Shown here piece by piece: positions 38,550-48,844 of a stretch of DNA of 64,000 nt. Position 1 is the first letter of the stretch; each line of letters starts with the position of its first letter. Source of the DNA: Candidatus Bathyarchaeota archaeon (GTDB lineage Archaea > Thermoproteota > Bathyarchaeia > Bathyarchaeales > Bathycorpusculaceae). Position numbers and translations under genes: made by a program. The notes under the pieces are model-generated. The model saw only the letters and a program-made list of their open reading frames with translations. It was not told the DNA's origin and did not search any database. The stretch lies in contig CAWFFH010000005.1 of the NCBI GenBank assembly GCA_963815095.1, positions 96,001-160,000 of the forward strand. The letters are read 5' to 3'.

Positions 38550-39659
38550 GTGAGTCTTATTCCAGGAAGCGATTCAATTACTCAGATTATCAGTTTACTA
38601 TCATACGTGTTCTTTATAGTGTTAATTTTCTACGGTCAACGTATCCAAATGTACGTTATGATCCGCGAAGTAGAAAACAACCTCCATAAACTGCGGCACA
38701 TCAAGGAGGAGGGTAGAAAGACCGCCATCGAAACCCTCAAAGAAATCGGCAAACCCACAACCGACCCAGCTCCACGCGTTGACCGCTATCTTGATTACTT
38801 CACTATCGGGCCCCAAAACATGGATCCAGCAGGCATCGTCAACAAACTCGACCACGTCCTAGATGTTCGAGACGAACGTCTAAAAGAAGAAGTCAGACTC
38901 ATGGCTCCAGCAGTCCAAAACGACGACGTCCAAATTAACAACCTCGAAAACACCCTTGAAGCTGCTATGGCACTCAACTTCATCTACAAAGTCGTCCGTC
39001 ACTATTACATCCAAGGCAAAAAAACCCTCAGCCTCTACGTTATCATGCAACTTCAAATGATCTTGCCTATGGTTATGAAAGAAGCAGATGCCTACAGTAG
39101 CGCCCTCAAAGCCTTCGCATATGGACAACCCATCGGAGACGGCGCAGGACCACTAGTCGCAGGCAAACTCATGCATGGCTACGAAACACGCAAAGTAGGC
39201 AAAGATTGTGTTGTTGCAACAGTTCCATTCGAAGGACGCGTAGCATATGTCCTTAAAGCTGAAGGACCAGGCGGAAACGTCGGCAAACCAGGCGAAGCAA
39301 TCGTACAAGTCATAGATGAAAACGAAGGCAAAATCGGCTGCCTCATCATGATTGATGCAGGTCTCAAATTGGAAGGCGAGCTCGTCGGTGAGGTTTCCGA
39401 AGGCATTGGCGCAGCCATCGGCGGACCAGGTGTAGATGCATTCAAAATTGAAGAATCACTAACCAAATACAAAATACCCAACTATGCAGTTATCGTCAAA
39501 GAAGACATAGGCGACGCAGTTTCCCCTATGCGTAAAGAAATCCACGATGCAACCGACAAAGTCATCGAACGCCTCAAAGCCGTCGTCCTCGAACGCACCA
39601 AAGAAGGCGACAAAGTCATAATCGTCGGCGTTGGCAACTCCATCGGAGTTGGACAATAA
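38550..39659 (+). CDS. DUF1512 family protein
   Basis: PIGDGAGPLV, KAEGPGGNVG, IDAGLKLEGE, GVGNSIGVGQ. Confidence 0.9.
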   Translation: MSLIPGSDSITQIISLLSYVFFIVLIFYGQRIQMYVMIREVENNLHKLRHIKEEGRKTAIETLKEIGKPTTDPAPRVDRYLDYFTIGPQNMDPAGIVNKLDHVLDVRDERLKEEVRLMAPAVQNDDVQINNLENTLEAAMALNFIYKVVRHYYIQGKKTLSLYVIMQLQMILPMVMKEADAYSSALKAFAYGQPIGDGAGPLVAGKLMHGYETRKVGKDCVVATVPFEGRVAYVLKAEGPGGNVGKPGEAIVQVIDENEGKIGCLIMIDAGLKLEGELVGEVSEGIGAAIGGPGVDAFKIEESLTKYKIPNYAVIVKEDIGDAVSPMRKEIHDATDKVIERLKAVVLERTKEGDKVIIVGVGNSIGVGQ

Positions 39660-39661
39660 AG

Positions 39662-40117
39662 GTGAAGAACATGATTCAAAATCAAACTAAAACAACACCA
39701 AACTCTGCAAACAAAAACATAGCCAACTACCTAACCCTAATAGTCTTAATCGTCGTCGCACTTGCAATAGTTGCCCTTGCAACAGCCGCAAGCATCTACA
39801 TCAGCGCTCCAAATGACGCAAACAGCGTGCTTACTGCAGGAGCTTTCGGCGTCATCGGTGCAGTGGCGTTATCTATGTCGATTTTCACCTTCTACCAATC
39901 AAGACGCCAAGTTGCACAGATGAAAATTGAAGTTCCAAAAGTCATGACCACCATCGGATGCGTAAAGAACTGCGACTCCAAAAACGTCCGAGAATTCCAA
40001 CGCGGCGACTACGTCTACAAGGAACTTGAAACTTCCTGCCAAAAATGCGGCGGCAAACAAATGATAACAGGCATCTTTAAAGAAGTTAAAGAAAAGGAAA
40101 AAACCTTCAACGTTTAA
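39662..40117 (+). CDS. two-TM protein with C-terminal zinc ribbon
   Basis: CVKNC...REFQRGDYV...CQKCGG...ITGI; directly follows DUF1512. Confidence 0.8.
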   Translation: MKNMIQNQTKTTPNSANKNIANYLTLIVLIVVALAIVALATAASIYISAPNDANSVLTAGAFGVIGAVALSMSIFTFYQSRRQVAQMKIEVPKVMTTIGCVKNCDSKNVREFQRGDYVYKELETSCQKCGGKQMITGIFKEVKEKEKTFNV

Positions 40118-40150
40118 CTTTCTTATTTTTTATTAACTTTTTATTTTTTT

Positions 40151-41053
40151 TTAAGTTAAAACTTCGCTACCTTCATCTTTTATCAATAACGTATGCTCAG
40201 CTTGAGCAACGGGTTTTTTGCTTGCTTCAATAAACACTGGGTACCCCATGATTGCTTTTGATGCGTAGAGTTCTTTGAAGGCTGCTTTATGCTGGTCGGC
40301 TGGAACGACTCCAATGAGCCACCGTTCGGCAAATGGCAGGGTTCGGAAGTTGGTTTCGATGTGTTTGCGCATTTTTTTTGCTGCCTCAGTTTTTGTTGAT
40401 TTGGCTTTGAGAAGACGGTAAATGGTGATTTGGGGGAAATCGTCTACTCTGCCAATCGCTTCTGGTTGGGTGACGAAAGGTTCTATGGCGTAAACTTCGC
40501 CGGTCCGCACCTTGTTGAGAGAAACTTGGGAGACGTTGGGAATTGATGTTCCCGCATGAATGAGGTACCGGCCAACGCTATGTCCGGTGAGGTTGCTGAT
40601 GGGTTTGAAACCGCGGTTTTTTATAGTAGTTTCAATTAGGCTACCGATTTTGCCCAATGCCATGTCGCCATGAATGTTGTCGATGGCTGTTTTGAGTGCG
40701 AGTTCTGCTGTGGTTGCCATGCTTCTGCCTTCAGGGTTAAAAGCGGCAGTGAACGCGGTGTCGGTAACGTAGCCATCAACATGCACCCCAATATCCACCT
40801 TAACAGTTGAACCCTCAGGAATCCGCGATTCATCACCTGGAGGTGCAGTGTAGTGCGCAGCAACTTCGTTTATGCTGACGTTAACGGGAAACGCAGGCTT
40901 GCCGCCTTTTGCGCGGATGAGTCCTTCAGCTTTCTCACACACATCAATAATTAGCATGTTTTCCTTAACGAAGCCACGCATTTCTTCGCGTGTTTCCCGC
41001 AAAATCTTGCCGGATAAACGAAATTTTTGGAGTTCTTCTTTGTCGTAAGGCAT
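40151..41053 (-). CDS. map: type II methionine aminopeptidase
   Basis: AFPVNVS, AAHYT, VDIGVHVDG, DTA, LTGH, AIEPF, QAEHT. Confidence 0.97.
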   Translation of the reverse strand: MPYDKEELQKFRLSGKILRETREEMRGFVKENMLIIDVCEKAEGLIRAKGGKPAFPVNVSINEVAAHYTAPPGDESRIPEGSTVKVDIGVHVDGYVTDTAFTAAFNPEGRSMATTAELALKTAIDNIHGDMALGKIGSLIETTIKNRGFKPISNLTGHSVGRYLIHAGTSIPNVSQVSLNKVRTGEVYAIEPFVTQPEAIGRVDDFPQITIYRLLKAKSTKTEAAKKMRKHIETNFRTLPFAERWLIGVVPADQHKAAFKELYASKAIMGYPVFIEASKKPVAQAEHTLLIKDEGSEVLT

Positions 41054-41136
41054 GAAAGTTCCCTCTGTTTAAAATTGGATATGTGCTGGATGCTTAAATG
41101 CATAACCACACAGCTGAAGGAAAAAACTACAGTTTT

Positions 41137-41235
41137 TTACTCGGTGACTTCTTTGAATGTTACGGTGGATTCTGTTGGTATGGTTTTTTGTGTTATCAGA
41201 TATTTTGGTTTCTTTTTGCGTGTCATAGCAACCAT
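41137..41235 (-). CDS. candidate leaderless small protein (32 aa)
   Basis: MVAMTRKKKPKYLITQKTIPTESTVTFKEVTE; CTTATAAAG TATA just upstream; T-run downstream. Confidence 0.4.
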   Translation of the reverse strand: MVAMTRKKKPKYLITQKTIPTESTVTFKEVTE

Positions 41236-41316
41236 TAGATTGGATTAATGCTTTATAAGTTGTGTTTACCTGCCCTTGTCCGCTTGAAAAAAATTATTAA
41301 GATAAGAATTTTTTTG

Positions 41317-41871
41317 TTAGGATTTGTAGAGTTTGGGATCTAGTAGTGCAAAGTTGTTGCCGCCTGCATGGTAGAGAACGCGGGCTTTCTTGAGGTCATA
41401 ACCTGCATCACTAAAGACTCCTAAGTCTGCATATGCCTCGAGAATTTTGCCCACAAAAATCGTATGGTCGCCTGTCGTGAGTTGTCCATCGACTTCACAT
41501 TCTAAATGTGCTATGCATTCACGAATGGCGGGACCTTTGACTTTTTTGCCAGGCATAGCTGAGAGGTTGGCTTTTTTGAATTTATCAAAACTTCTGCCCG
41601 TTAATGAGCCGCACGAGTAAACTGCCTGCAAGATTTCCATGGTTGGGACGTTTACGGTGAATTCGCCTGATTCTTCGATTAAGGTATGGGTGTGGCGAGT
41701 AGGTGCTAGACTGATGGCTAACAGCGGCGGGTTAATTGAGGTTGGCATTGCCCACGCAACGGTAGTTACATTAGGTTTGTTTGCTTTCCCAATACATGAG
41801 ACCAAAACGGTGTGCATGGGGTGAAGGAGCCTATATGCCGAGTTAATGTTGACGGTTGTTTTTGCAGACAT
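41317..41871 (-). CDS. flavin reductase-like FMN-binding protein
   Basis: YRLLHP, SGEFTVN, GDHTIFVG. Confidence 0.9.
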   Translation of the reverse strand: MSAKTTVNINSAYRLLHPMHTVLVSCIGKANKPNVTTVAWAMPTSINPPLLAISLAPTRHTHTLIEESGEFTVNVPTMEILQAVYSCGSLTGRSFDKFKKANLSAMPGKKVKGPAIRECIAHLECEVDGQLTTGDHTIFVGKILEAYADLGVFSDAGYDLKKARVLYHAGGNNFALLDPKLYKS

Positions 41872-42393
41872 TTTTGTCACCTTAATATGTGATTTCGAAG
41901 GTTTTCGGAGTATTTCTGTTTTTGGATTGCGGCATAGGGAATCGTAATATAGATATTTACTTAAAAATCGCTTTGTCAGACTCGCTTGTTTGCTGTTTTG
42001 CTATAACAGCCGCGCTCTTTGTTGGGAGGTTTTGGCGTCGTTTTAGTATTGAGAGATATATGTGCATGTTAACAACGGTTATGTCGTAACAGTCAATATT
42101 ATTGACTATCTGAGGAATTAACATGTCCCACCCCGTGGAAGTATTGAAAATGAAGAAGCATCCAAACTACTGGATTACTTTGTTGCTTACAAAAAACTGA
42201 TGATCAAAGTGGAATACATAAAATGCATCTCCAAAATAAACAGCGAAATACACTTTTGCCAAAATCAAGCGCACGCAGAAACCCATGACTTGATTGCAAC
42301 AGAGGCAGCTAACCAACCCCCCATAGGCTTACCACAATCATTTGAAAAATAAAATCTATCAAGCTTGGATTTTCTTTAATTACTTGTTTTTTG

Positions 42394-43947
42394 CTAGTGC
42401 CCCTCAACCTTATGAATCACACTGATTACCAGTTTTCCATGGGCAGTTTTCACTAAAGCCATCCGCAAATGTATCGGCACTTTCTCGCCATTTTTGGTAA
42501 CTTGGACAGTATGAAGGTCTATTTGCCCGGTTTTCTCCAATTTTTCAATGAAAGATTGTTTTTCCGTTTCGGGAACTTGTAGAACTTCCCAAAGATGCAT
42601 GTTCAAAAATTCGTTACAGGGGTAACCGAAGAGTTCACATGCGGCAAGATTCGCGTAAACAAATGCGCCATTCAAATTCGCCAAAAAGATGGCCTCGCTT
42701 AAGTTATCTAAAACCATTGCCCTAAACAGCAAACCCTCCTCAATCTTTTGGCGCTCCATAATTTCCTGGGTCAGTTCCTTGTTTGTCTGCGCATATTCGG
42801 AGGTACGCTGTGTCACCACAACCTCAAGTCGCTTATTATAACTATTCAACTCTTGCTCAAGCTCTTTGCGTTTGGTAATGTTTTCAAAAATTGCCACGAA
42901 ATGGTCTTTTTTGGGTCCATATACAGAGATGTTTAGCCATAGGCTAAGCGGTTTGAAGAAAACCTCAAAGCTTTCCGCTTTTCCGGTTCGTGCAACTCTG
43001 CCATAGATCTCGAATATTTCGGGGTTCGCTTCTTTGGTTCCAGGAATAGCCTCCGAAACCCTCCTTCCAACTACTCCTTCCCGTTTCAAACCTGTCAGCC
43101 TTTCAAAAGCGTCGTTGATTTCCAAATACACAAAATCTGTCGGTTCATCGTTCTCGTCAAAAATCATTTGGCAGTAAGCGTAGCCGTTTATCATGTTTTC
43201 GAATAGGCTACGGTATTTTTCTTCGCTTTCTTTAAGGGCTGCTTCTGCCAGTTTTTTTTCGTCCATGTTTACAACATAGATTCGGATTCTGGGTCCTATA
43301 GGCATAAAGGAAAATTGCTGCAAATACCAATGCTCTCCAAGTTGTATTTCTCGCCCCAGTGAGTGCTCCATCGAAATTTTACCTTTAAACGTAGCAGAAA
43401 CGTTTTCCCAATCCGCGAAGAACTGCTGATTTATACCTTTGTTCTCAAGGTTGGGGAACACTTTTTTTGTTGCGGGATTAGTAAAGGTAATATTTCCACC
43501 AAAATCAACTTCAACGATAGGGTTTGGGTCAAACGCTGGAAATGAAGCTAAGCGGATGTATCTTTCTTCAAATTGTTTGCGTGCAGTTATGTCTTGCCCA
43601 AATAGTAATGCACCCGTAACCTCACCATTCTCGCCTTTAGCGACTATATTATACCACGCCAAAAGACACTCTTGACCGCTCTTAGTCAAAACCCGCCTCT
43701 CAACATGACCTCTACGAAGCGTGCCATTCAACATCTGATGAAAAGAAGCCCTCGCCTCCTCACGGACATTTTGGGGAACAAAAACGTCAAACCAATTTTT
43801 CGCCACAACCTCTTCTTTCGCGACCTCTAGCATATCGCAGCCTTTCTGGTTAATTTCAGCAACTTTCTCATCTTTTCCAACAAAAACAACTGTCAAATCT
43901 TCTAAGTTGAGGTCAAAATTTTCTATATTCTTTTTTTCCGACATCAA
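42394..43947 (-). CDS. multi-PAS sensor protein without output domain
   Basis: four PAS-like repeats and a coiled-coil linker; no H-box or ATPase boxes; ATGA overlap with the glgP stop. Confidence 0.85.
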   Translation of the reverse strand: MMSEKKNIENFDLNLEDLTVVFVGKDEKVAEINQKGCDMLEVAKEEVVAKNWFDVFVPQNVREEARASFHQMLNGTLRRGHVERRVLTKSGQECLLAWYNIVAKGENGEVTGALLFGQDITARKQFEERYIRLASFPAFDPNPIVEVDFGGNITFTNPATKKVFPNLENKGINQQFFADWENVSATFKGKISMEHSLGREIQLGEHWYLQQFSFMPIGPRIRIYVVNMDEKKLAEAALKESEEKYRSLFENMINGYAYCQMIFDENDEPTDFVYLEINDAFERLTGLKREGVVGRRVSEAIPGTKEANPEIFEIYGRVARTGKAESFEVFFKPLSLWLNISVYGPKKDHFVAIFENITKRKELEQELNSYNKRLEVVVTQRTSEYAQTNKELTQEIMERQKIEEGLLFRAMVLDNLSEAIFLANLNGAFVYANLAACELFGYPCNEFLNMHLWEVLQVPETEKQSFIEKLEKTGQIDLHTVQVTKNGEKVPIHLRMALVKTAHGKLVISVIHKVEGH

Positions 43948-46118
43948 AATTTCTCCTTTTCAATTAAAGGGTTAACGTTAGATGTTTCTGGAAAAACAAC
44001 TGGCATATACATTCGCTCTACATATTCTTTCATCATTCGGCAAGCATTGAAAACGGGGTTGATGGTTTTGATGGCTTCCTTAGCCACCTCTATCCAGCGG
44101 TGAGGGATTCCTTTCCGGTCGCGGTTGTAATATAGAGGCACTATGCTATTTTCCAGTAAGCTATATAGTGATTCAGCATCCGCCCGGTCTTCCTCTTCGG
44201 GGGTTCCACCCTTGAAACCATCAATTGCCCAGCCGTTCAAGCCATTAAAAGCTTCATCCCACCAGCCATCTCGAACACTTAAATTAATAACTCCATTCAT
44301 AGATGCCTTCATTCCGCTGGTTCCACATGCCTCCTGCAAGCGCCTTGGTGTGTTTAACCAAACATCCACACCGCGGACCAAATCACGGGCAAGGTTCATG
44401 TCGTAATCTTCAACAAACACAATTCGTCCCTGAAAACGCTTATCCAAAGCCACATTGTATACGGTTTTAAGGAGTTCTTTTGAAGCATAGTCTGCAGGGT
44501 GCGATTTGCCGCCAAAAATTATTTGCACCGGACGAAGTGGGTCTGTGACGATTTTTTTGAGACGTTCACTGTCCGAGAGTATCAAGTAAGGACGCTTGTA
44601 CTGGGCAAACCTGCGGGTAAACGCGATAGTTAAAGCATAAGGGTCAAGCAAGGCACCCATGGCAAGCACTTGCTGAGTTGAAACACCATCCCTAACTAAA
44701 CGTAATTGAGCGCGATCTTGAATAGCACGAATCAACCGAGTCTTCATCAGTTGGTGTACAGCCCAAAACTGCTCATTAGGGATACCGCTGCCAAATTTCC
44801 AAAACTGCTCCTCATACTCGCTAGGTAACGGCACCTCTCCGATCTGTTTTTCGAAGAGCTCTGAAATCTCTGCAGCCCGCCAACTCGGCGAATGAACCCC
44901 ATTAGTTATGCTTAAAATCGGAATTTCCTCAAGAGACTTTTCTGGGTAAATAGCTCTCCACATTTTACGTGCTACTAAACCATGCAATTTGCTGACAGCG
45001 TTTGCTTGACCAGCTAACCGGAGCGCAAACGCTGTTAAACTAAATTTCTCTGGTCCCAACCCTTCGTAGTTTCCAAGTTTTAGAAAAGATTCGCGGTCAA
45101 TTCCCAGAGATTCCCAAAAGTTTCGAGCGTAATAATCCATAAGTTGGTAAGGAAAAATATGTTGACCTGCCGCAACGGGAGTGTGCGTTGTGAAAACAGT
45201 GTTTTTCCGAACTTTTTCAATGGCTTCATTTAGAGGGATTCCTTTGGTGCGTTCTTCTATTAGCCGTTCAAGCATCATGAACGCGGTATGATCTTCGTTT
45301 GCATGCCAAACCACTGGGTCAATACGTAGTGCCCGTAAAGCACGGACTCCACCTATGCCTAACACAATAAGCTGCCGCAGTCTCTCCTCTTGGTTAGCCG
45401 TATAAAGCCTCGCTGAAAGCCCCTTGTCTTCTTCACGATTGTCACTGATGTTTGTATCAAGCAAATACAAGTTCACTCGTCCCACACGTACCTGCCATAC
45501 TTGAAGGAAAATTTGGCGGTCACCAAGCGGAACCGCAATCAAAGGTCCACAGCCTTGAGGCCATGCACAAGGGGAAATTGGTGCCTCGCTAAAATCTAGC
45601 TGCTGGTAGACTTCTTCTTGCCAGCCATCAGCAGAGACGTGTTGACGAAAATATCCTTGAGGATACATGAATCCAACGGCAACCAAAGGTAATCCTATGT
45701 CTGAGGATTGTTTGCAGATATCTCCTGCGAGGACTCCTAAACCGCCCGCGTAGATGGGAAGTGAATTGTGAATTGCATATTCAGCGGAAAAATAGGCGAC
45801 TTGAACCCCAAAATCGTCGGGAACCTTTTTTCCACACCAATCCTTTTTGCTCATCATGTAATTATCAAATTTCGAAATTACCGAGTCGTAAAGCTCAAGG
45901 AAAGCAGGGTCTTTCGCAGCCGCTTCTAGCTTGTTTGGGTCAATATCTCTTAATTGTTTAACGGGGTTGTGTCCGCTTGCTCTCCAAAGCTCGTAATCAA
46001 GCGACCGAAACACCTGTCGCCCCTCTTCATCCCAACTCCACCAAAGGTTGTTTGCAAGCTCAGCTAGTCTTTCAACTCTTTTCGGAACTAATTGTATAAT
46101 CTCTTCAGTAGCATCCAT
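43944..46118 (-). CDS. glgP: alpha-glucan (glycogen/maltodextrin) phosphorylase
   Basis: NLWWSW, YFSAEY, YAGGLG, TNGVH, RRFAQYKR, PLP-lysine EACGTSGMK. Confidence 0.96.
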   Translation of the reverse strand: MDATEEIIQLVPKRVERLAELANNLWWSWDEEGRQVFRSLDYELWRASGHNPVKQLRDIDPNKLEAAAKDPAFLELYDSVISKFDNYMMSKKDWCGKKVPDDFGVQVAYFSAEYAIHNSLPIYAGGLGVLAGDICKQSSDIGLPLVAVGFMYPQGYFRQHVSADGWQEEVYQQLDFSEAPISPCAWPQGCGPLIAVPLGDRQIFLQVWQVRVGRVNLYLLDTNISDNREEDKGLSARLYTANQEERLRQLIVLGIGGVRALRALRIDPVVWHANEDHTAFMMLERLIEERTKGIPLNEAIEKVRKNTVFTTHTPVAAGQHIFPYQLMDYYARNFWESLGIDRESFLKLGNYEGLGPEKFSLTAFALRLAGQANAVSKLHGLVARKMWRAIYPEKSLEEIPILSITNGVHSPSWRAAEISELFEKQIGEVPLPSEYEEQFWKFGSGIPNEQFWAVHQLMKTRLIRAIQDRAQLRLVRDGVSTQQVLAMGALLDPYALTIAFTRRFAQYKRPYLILSDSERLKKIVTDPLRPVQIIFGGKSHPADYASKELLKTVYNVALDKRFQGRIVFVEDYDMNLARDLVRGVDVWLNTPRRLQEACGTSGMKASMNGVINLSVRDGWWDEAFNGLNGWAIDGFKGGTPEEEDRADAESLYSLLENSIVPLYYNRDRKGIPHRWIEVAKEAIKTINPVFNACRMMKEYVERMYMPVVFPETSNVNPLIEKEKF

Positions 46119-46404
46119 TTTCTGAGTGACTCCTGATTTTGGTTTGGGCTAACGCACTGTTTCCATGTAAGAATGAACAAAACATATGACAGTAAAATTC
46201 TTATATAAAGGTAATTTTTATTTACTATTAAGCCTTTTTGTTATTTATAGTTTGATATCAGCTTGAAAAATCCCAAATGGAATCTTCGAGTTGGCATATA
46301 AAAATAGTTTAGTTAGAGATTTCCATTTTTTTACTCGTTCTTTTCGTAGAAGAACATCACCGAGGCGACTACGTCTCCTTCGACTATGAACTAAAAAATC
46401 GATT

Positions 46405-47556
46405 TTACCTTTTTACATGGTATTGTTCGATTACGTCTTTAGCCTTTTCTCGGCGTTCTTGATGTTGCTGTAGGAATTTGTTTAGTTTTTCTGCTATGTC
46501 TTTTTTGCATTCGCCACAAAGTATTTCGCCTCCGCGGCATCTGCGTTCACGTTCCGCCAGTTTTGTGTTGTCTTCTTCGAATAGGAAAAAGTAGTACTGG
46601 TATATGCTGCAGACGGTTGGATCCGCGCCTTCTTTGCGTTGTTCCGCGGCAGTGCCTTTGCCACCTGTGAAGGCGTTCCAAATTTTCTTCTTGACAACGT
46701 CGGGTTGGTCTACGGTGAATATGCTGGTTTCAGGTTGGGATGCACTCATTTTTCCACCTGCTCCAAGTCCTGGCAGAAAGCGGCAGTGGATCTGGGCGGG
46801 TTTGTAATAGCCGAGTTTTTGGGCTATGTCGCGGGTGACTCGCCAGTAGGGGTCTTGGTCGATGGCTGCTGGAATCAACGCGGGCACGTTTTCGCCTGTG
46901 AGTTTTTTGTGGATGAAGCATGGTGCAGCTTGGATGGCTGGCCAGAAAACCCAGCCGATGTTGGTGCTATCTTGGAAGCCAAAACTGCTGCGGGCGGTAC
47001 TGTAGGTTATGCGTTTGGCGACTTCTAAGGTGATGTCATAGAGTAGGTCGATGTCTTTTGTGTCATAAATGATGAATGTGTCTTCAGGCTTAAAGCCAAC
47101 TGCGATTAAGTCAAGTGCGTTCTCATATGACCATTTGGCAGTGTTTTTAAGGTCTTGGTTATCGCTAATTAAGTATTTTTCATCGTCGGTTATTTGGAAG
47201 TAGAGGCGGGTTTTGAATTTTTGTTGTATATGAAGGGTAAATATCCAAGGGACTAAGTGTCCAATGTGGACTGGTCCGCTGGGTCCTCTGCCGGTGTAGA
47301 GCACAAATTTGGTGCCTTTATCGTAAAGGTCGAGCACTGTGTCCAGGTCTCGGTGGCTAAAGAAGATTTTGCGTTCAAGCTGCAAGTGGAGTTTGTCGGT
47401 ATGTTTTTCCACTCGTTGTAGTAGTTGGGGTGTTAGGGGTTGGGTACCAAATTCTTTTATGAGGCGTTCGTAGTCGACTTTGCCCTTAACTTCCCAGGGT
47501 GTAACTATCATTTCGTTGTTGTTTTCTTCAGCGTTTGAGGAAGCCGTATGATTCAC
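46405..47556 (-). CDS. trpS: tryptophanyl-tRNA synthetase (archaeal/eukaryotic type)
   Basis: VTPWEV, YTGRGPS, HIGH, IDQDPY, KMSAS. Confidence 0.97.
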   Translation of the reverse strand: MNHTASSNAEENNNEMIVTPWEVKGKVDYERLIKEFGTQPLTPQLLQRVEKHTDKLHLQLERKIFFSHRDLDTVLDLYDKGTKFVLYTGRGPSGPVHIGHLVPWIFTLHIQQKFKTRLYFQITDDEKYLISDNQDLKNTAKWSYENALDLIAVGFKPEDTFIIYDTKDIDLLYDITLEVAKRITYSTARSSFGFQDSTNIGWVFWPAIQAAPCFIHKKLTGENVPALIPAAIDQDPYWRVTRDIAQKLGYYKPAQIHCRFLPGLGAGGKMSASQPETSIFTVDQPDVVKKKIWNAFTGGKGTAAEQRKEGADPTVCSIYQYYFFLFEEDNTKLAERERRCRGGEILCGECKKDIAEKLNKFLQQHQERREKAKDVIEQYHVKR

Positions 47557-47644
47557 CGTGTTCTTTTATCAAGAACCCATTTTGTCATATATGCTTTTTT
47601 CGGTGAAGATTGTCTTGCTTCTTGACGTAGTCGAGGTTTGTTTG

Positions 47645-47818
47645 CTATTTACTTATTTTCTTGAACCACACTATGCCTATTACGGCTACGGTTATGGCTA
47701 TGAAAGCGGCAATGGGATTAATCGCTTGTATTGCAAAAGAAGCAGCCAAAACAGTCATCAAAGTTATAAATGAAAATAAAATTACGGCTGTTCCGACGGC
47801 TAATTTTTTATGGCTCAA
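47645..47818 (-). CDS. small two-TM membrane protein (57 aa)
   Basis: MSHKKLAVGTAVILFSFITLMTVLAASFAIQAINPIAAFIAITVAVIGIVWFKKISK; GAGGG RBS before TTG. Confidence 0.6.
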   Translation of the reverse strand: MSHKKLAVGTAVILFSFITLMTVLAASFAIQAINPIAAFIAITVAVIGIVWFKKISK

Positions 47819-47968
47819 AACTTTGCCCTCACTTCTCTATTTCAATTAGTACAGTTAAGGGCTGTTTTGATTTAATGCTAATCTATAGAACAACATGTTC
47901 AGAGATTAGGACAGCACGCTAACGCGAAAGACAATGAAAATAAAAATTAATTATTGATGGAAAAGAGT

Positions 47969-48250
47969 TTAATCTTCTTCCTCATCGAGTTTTCTTTCTT
48001 TAACCTTCAGCGCTTCTTCGTCGCCGATAACCTTGAAAGTTTCAGATAGCTCATGTTTGTGCAGGAACTTCTTAACGATAATACGGACGTATTTCTTTGA
48101 GAGCGCTTCACCTTCGCCTTTCACTGTAACGATCTTTGCGTCCGTGGTTACGTCTCCGCCTGTTTTGTCCTTGAGGAAGTCTGCGAGTTTCTCGATTAGT
48201 TTATCTTCGTCACCTTTAAGTTCTGAAGCGTTAACTTTCATTTCAACCAT
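47969..48250 (-). CDS. rpl22e: ribosomal protein eL22-like
   Basis: LADFLKDK and LSKKYVRIIVKKFLHKHEL..FKVI resemble eukaryotic eL22 FSKRYLKYLTKKYLKK..LRV; acidic tail. Confidence 0.75.
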   Translation of the reverse strand: MVEMKVNASELKGDEDKLIEKLADFLKDKTGGDVTTDAKIVTVKGEGEALSKKYVRIIVKKFLHKHELSETFKVIGDEEALKVKERKLDEEED

Positions 48251-48342
48251 TTTTCTGTTCACCTCGATTCTTGTCAGCCAATTAACTTTGATTTAGCATA
48301 CTTTTCATAGCCGCTCTATTGATTAAGTTTTTCTTTTATGCT

Positions 48343-48403
48343 TGTCAGTTCGCCCGTCGAGTCCTTCTCACTGCCAAAGCTCAGACTCTAGTGCTCATCA
48401 TCC
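48343..48403 (-). ncRNA. C/D box sRNA, predicted guide for 16S rRNA Cm1402
   Basis: C ATGATGA - GCACTAGAGT - D' CTGA - C' GTGAGAA - GGACTCGACGGGCGAA - D CTGA; guide complements CGCCCGTC. Confidence 0.8.
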
Positions 48404-48424
48404 ATCACACAATTTAGCAACAGA

Positions 48425-48439
48425 ACTTAAGACTGTTAT
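48425..48439 (-). promoter_or_regulatory. BRE/TATA-like promoter element of the sRNA
   Basis: ATAACAGTCTTAAGT about 25 nt upstream of the C box; identical 15-mer at 55037-55051 upstream of another minus-strand gene. Confidence 0.5.
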
Positions 48440-48844
48440 GCTGCAAAACTGTTTTTGTTATCTGAAACAAATGTTTACCTGAAGTTAAGAAAAATGGATT
48501 TTTTGGAAGCCCTACCCAAAAGAGTGGAGAAAAGTCATTAACGTCCCAATACATACATCTGAGGCATTAATTCAAATGGCGTACCAAAATGGGGCGCCTG
48601 CAGCAAAACCTAGAAGATCCATCATTAAGGTGCTGCAAAGGAGGATCTTTAGACGTAAAACTACGTGTTGAAGATTTGATTTTCCATAGTCGCCTCTTAA
48701 TTTATGGCAACGTTTAATAGAGTCACTCACATTTAACTTTGAACTTCAATGGCTGAAAGCATATGGTTGAACTGGTGAGAACGCCAGTTCAACAACATGC
48801 GACTATTCTCCAATGAAAAATCATAATCACAAGGAGGAAAAGAA

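Noticed and set aside
42120-42351. Open frame of about 70 codons downstream of the PAS gene
   Set aside because: No canonical start near its 5' end and no recognisable motif
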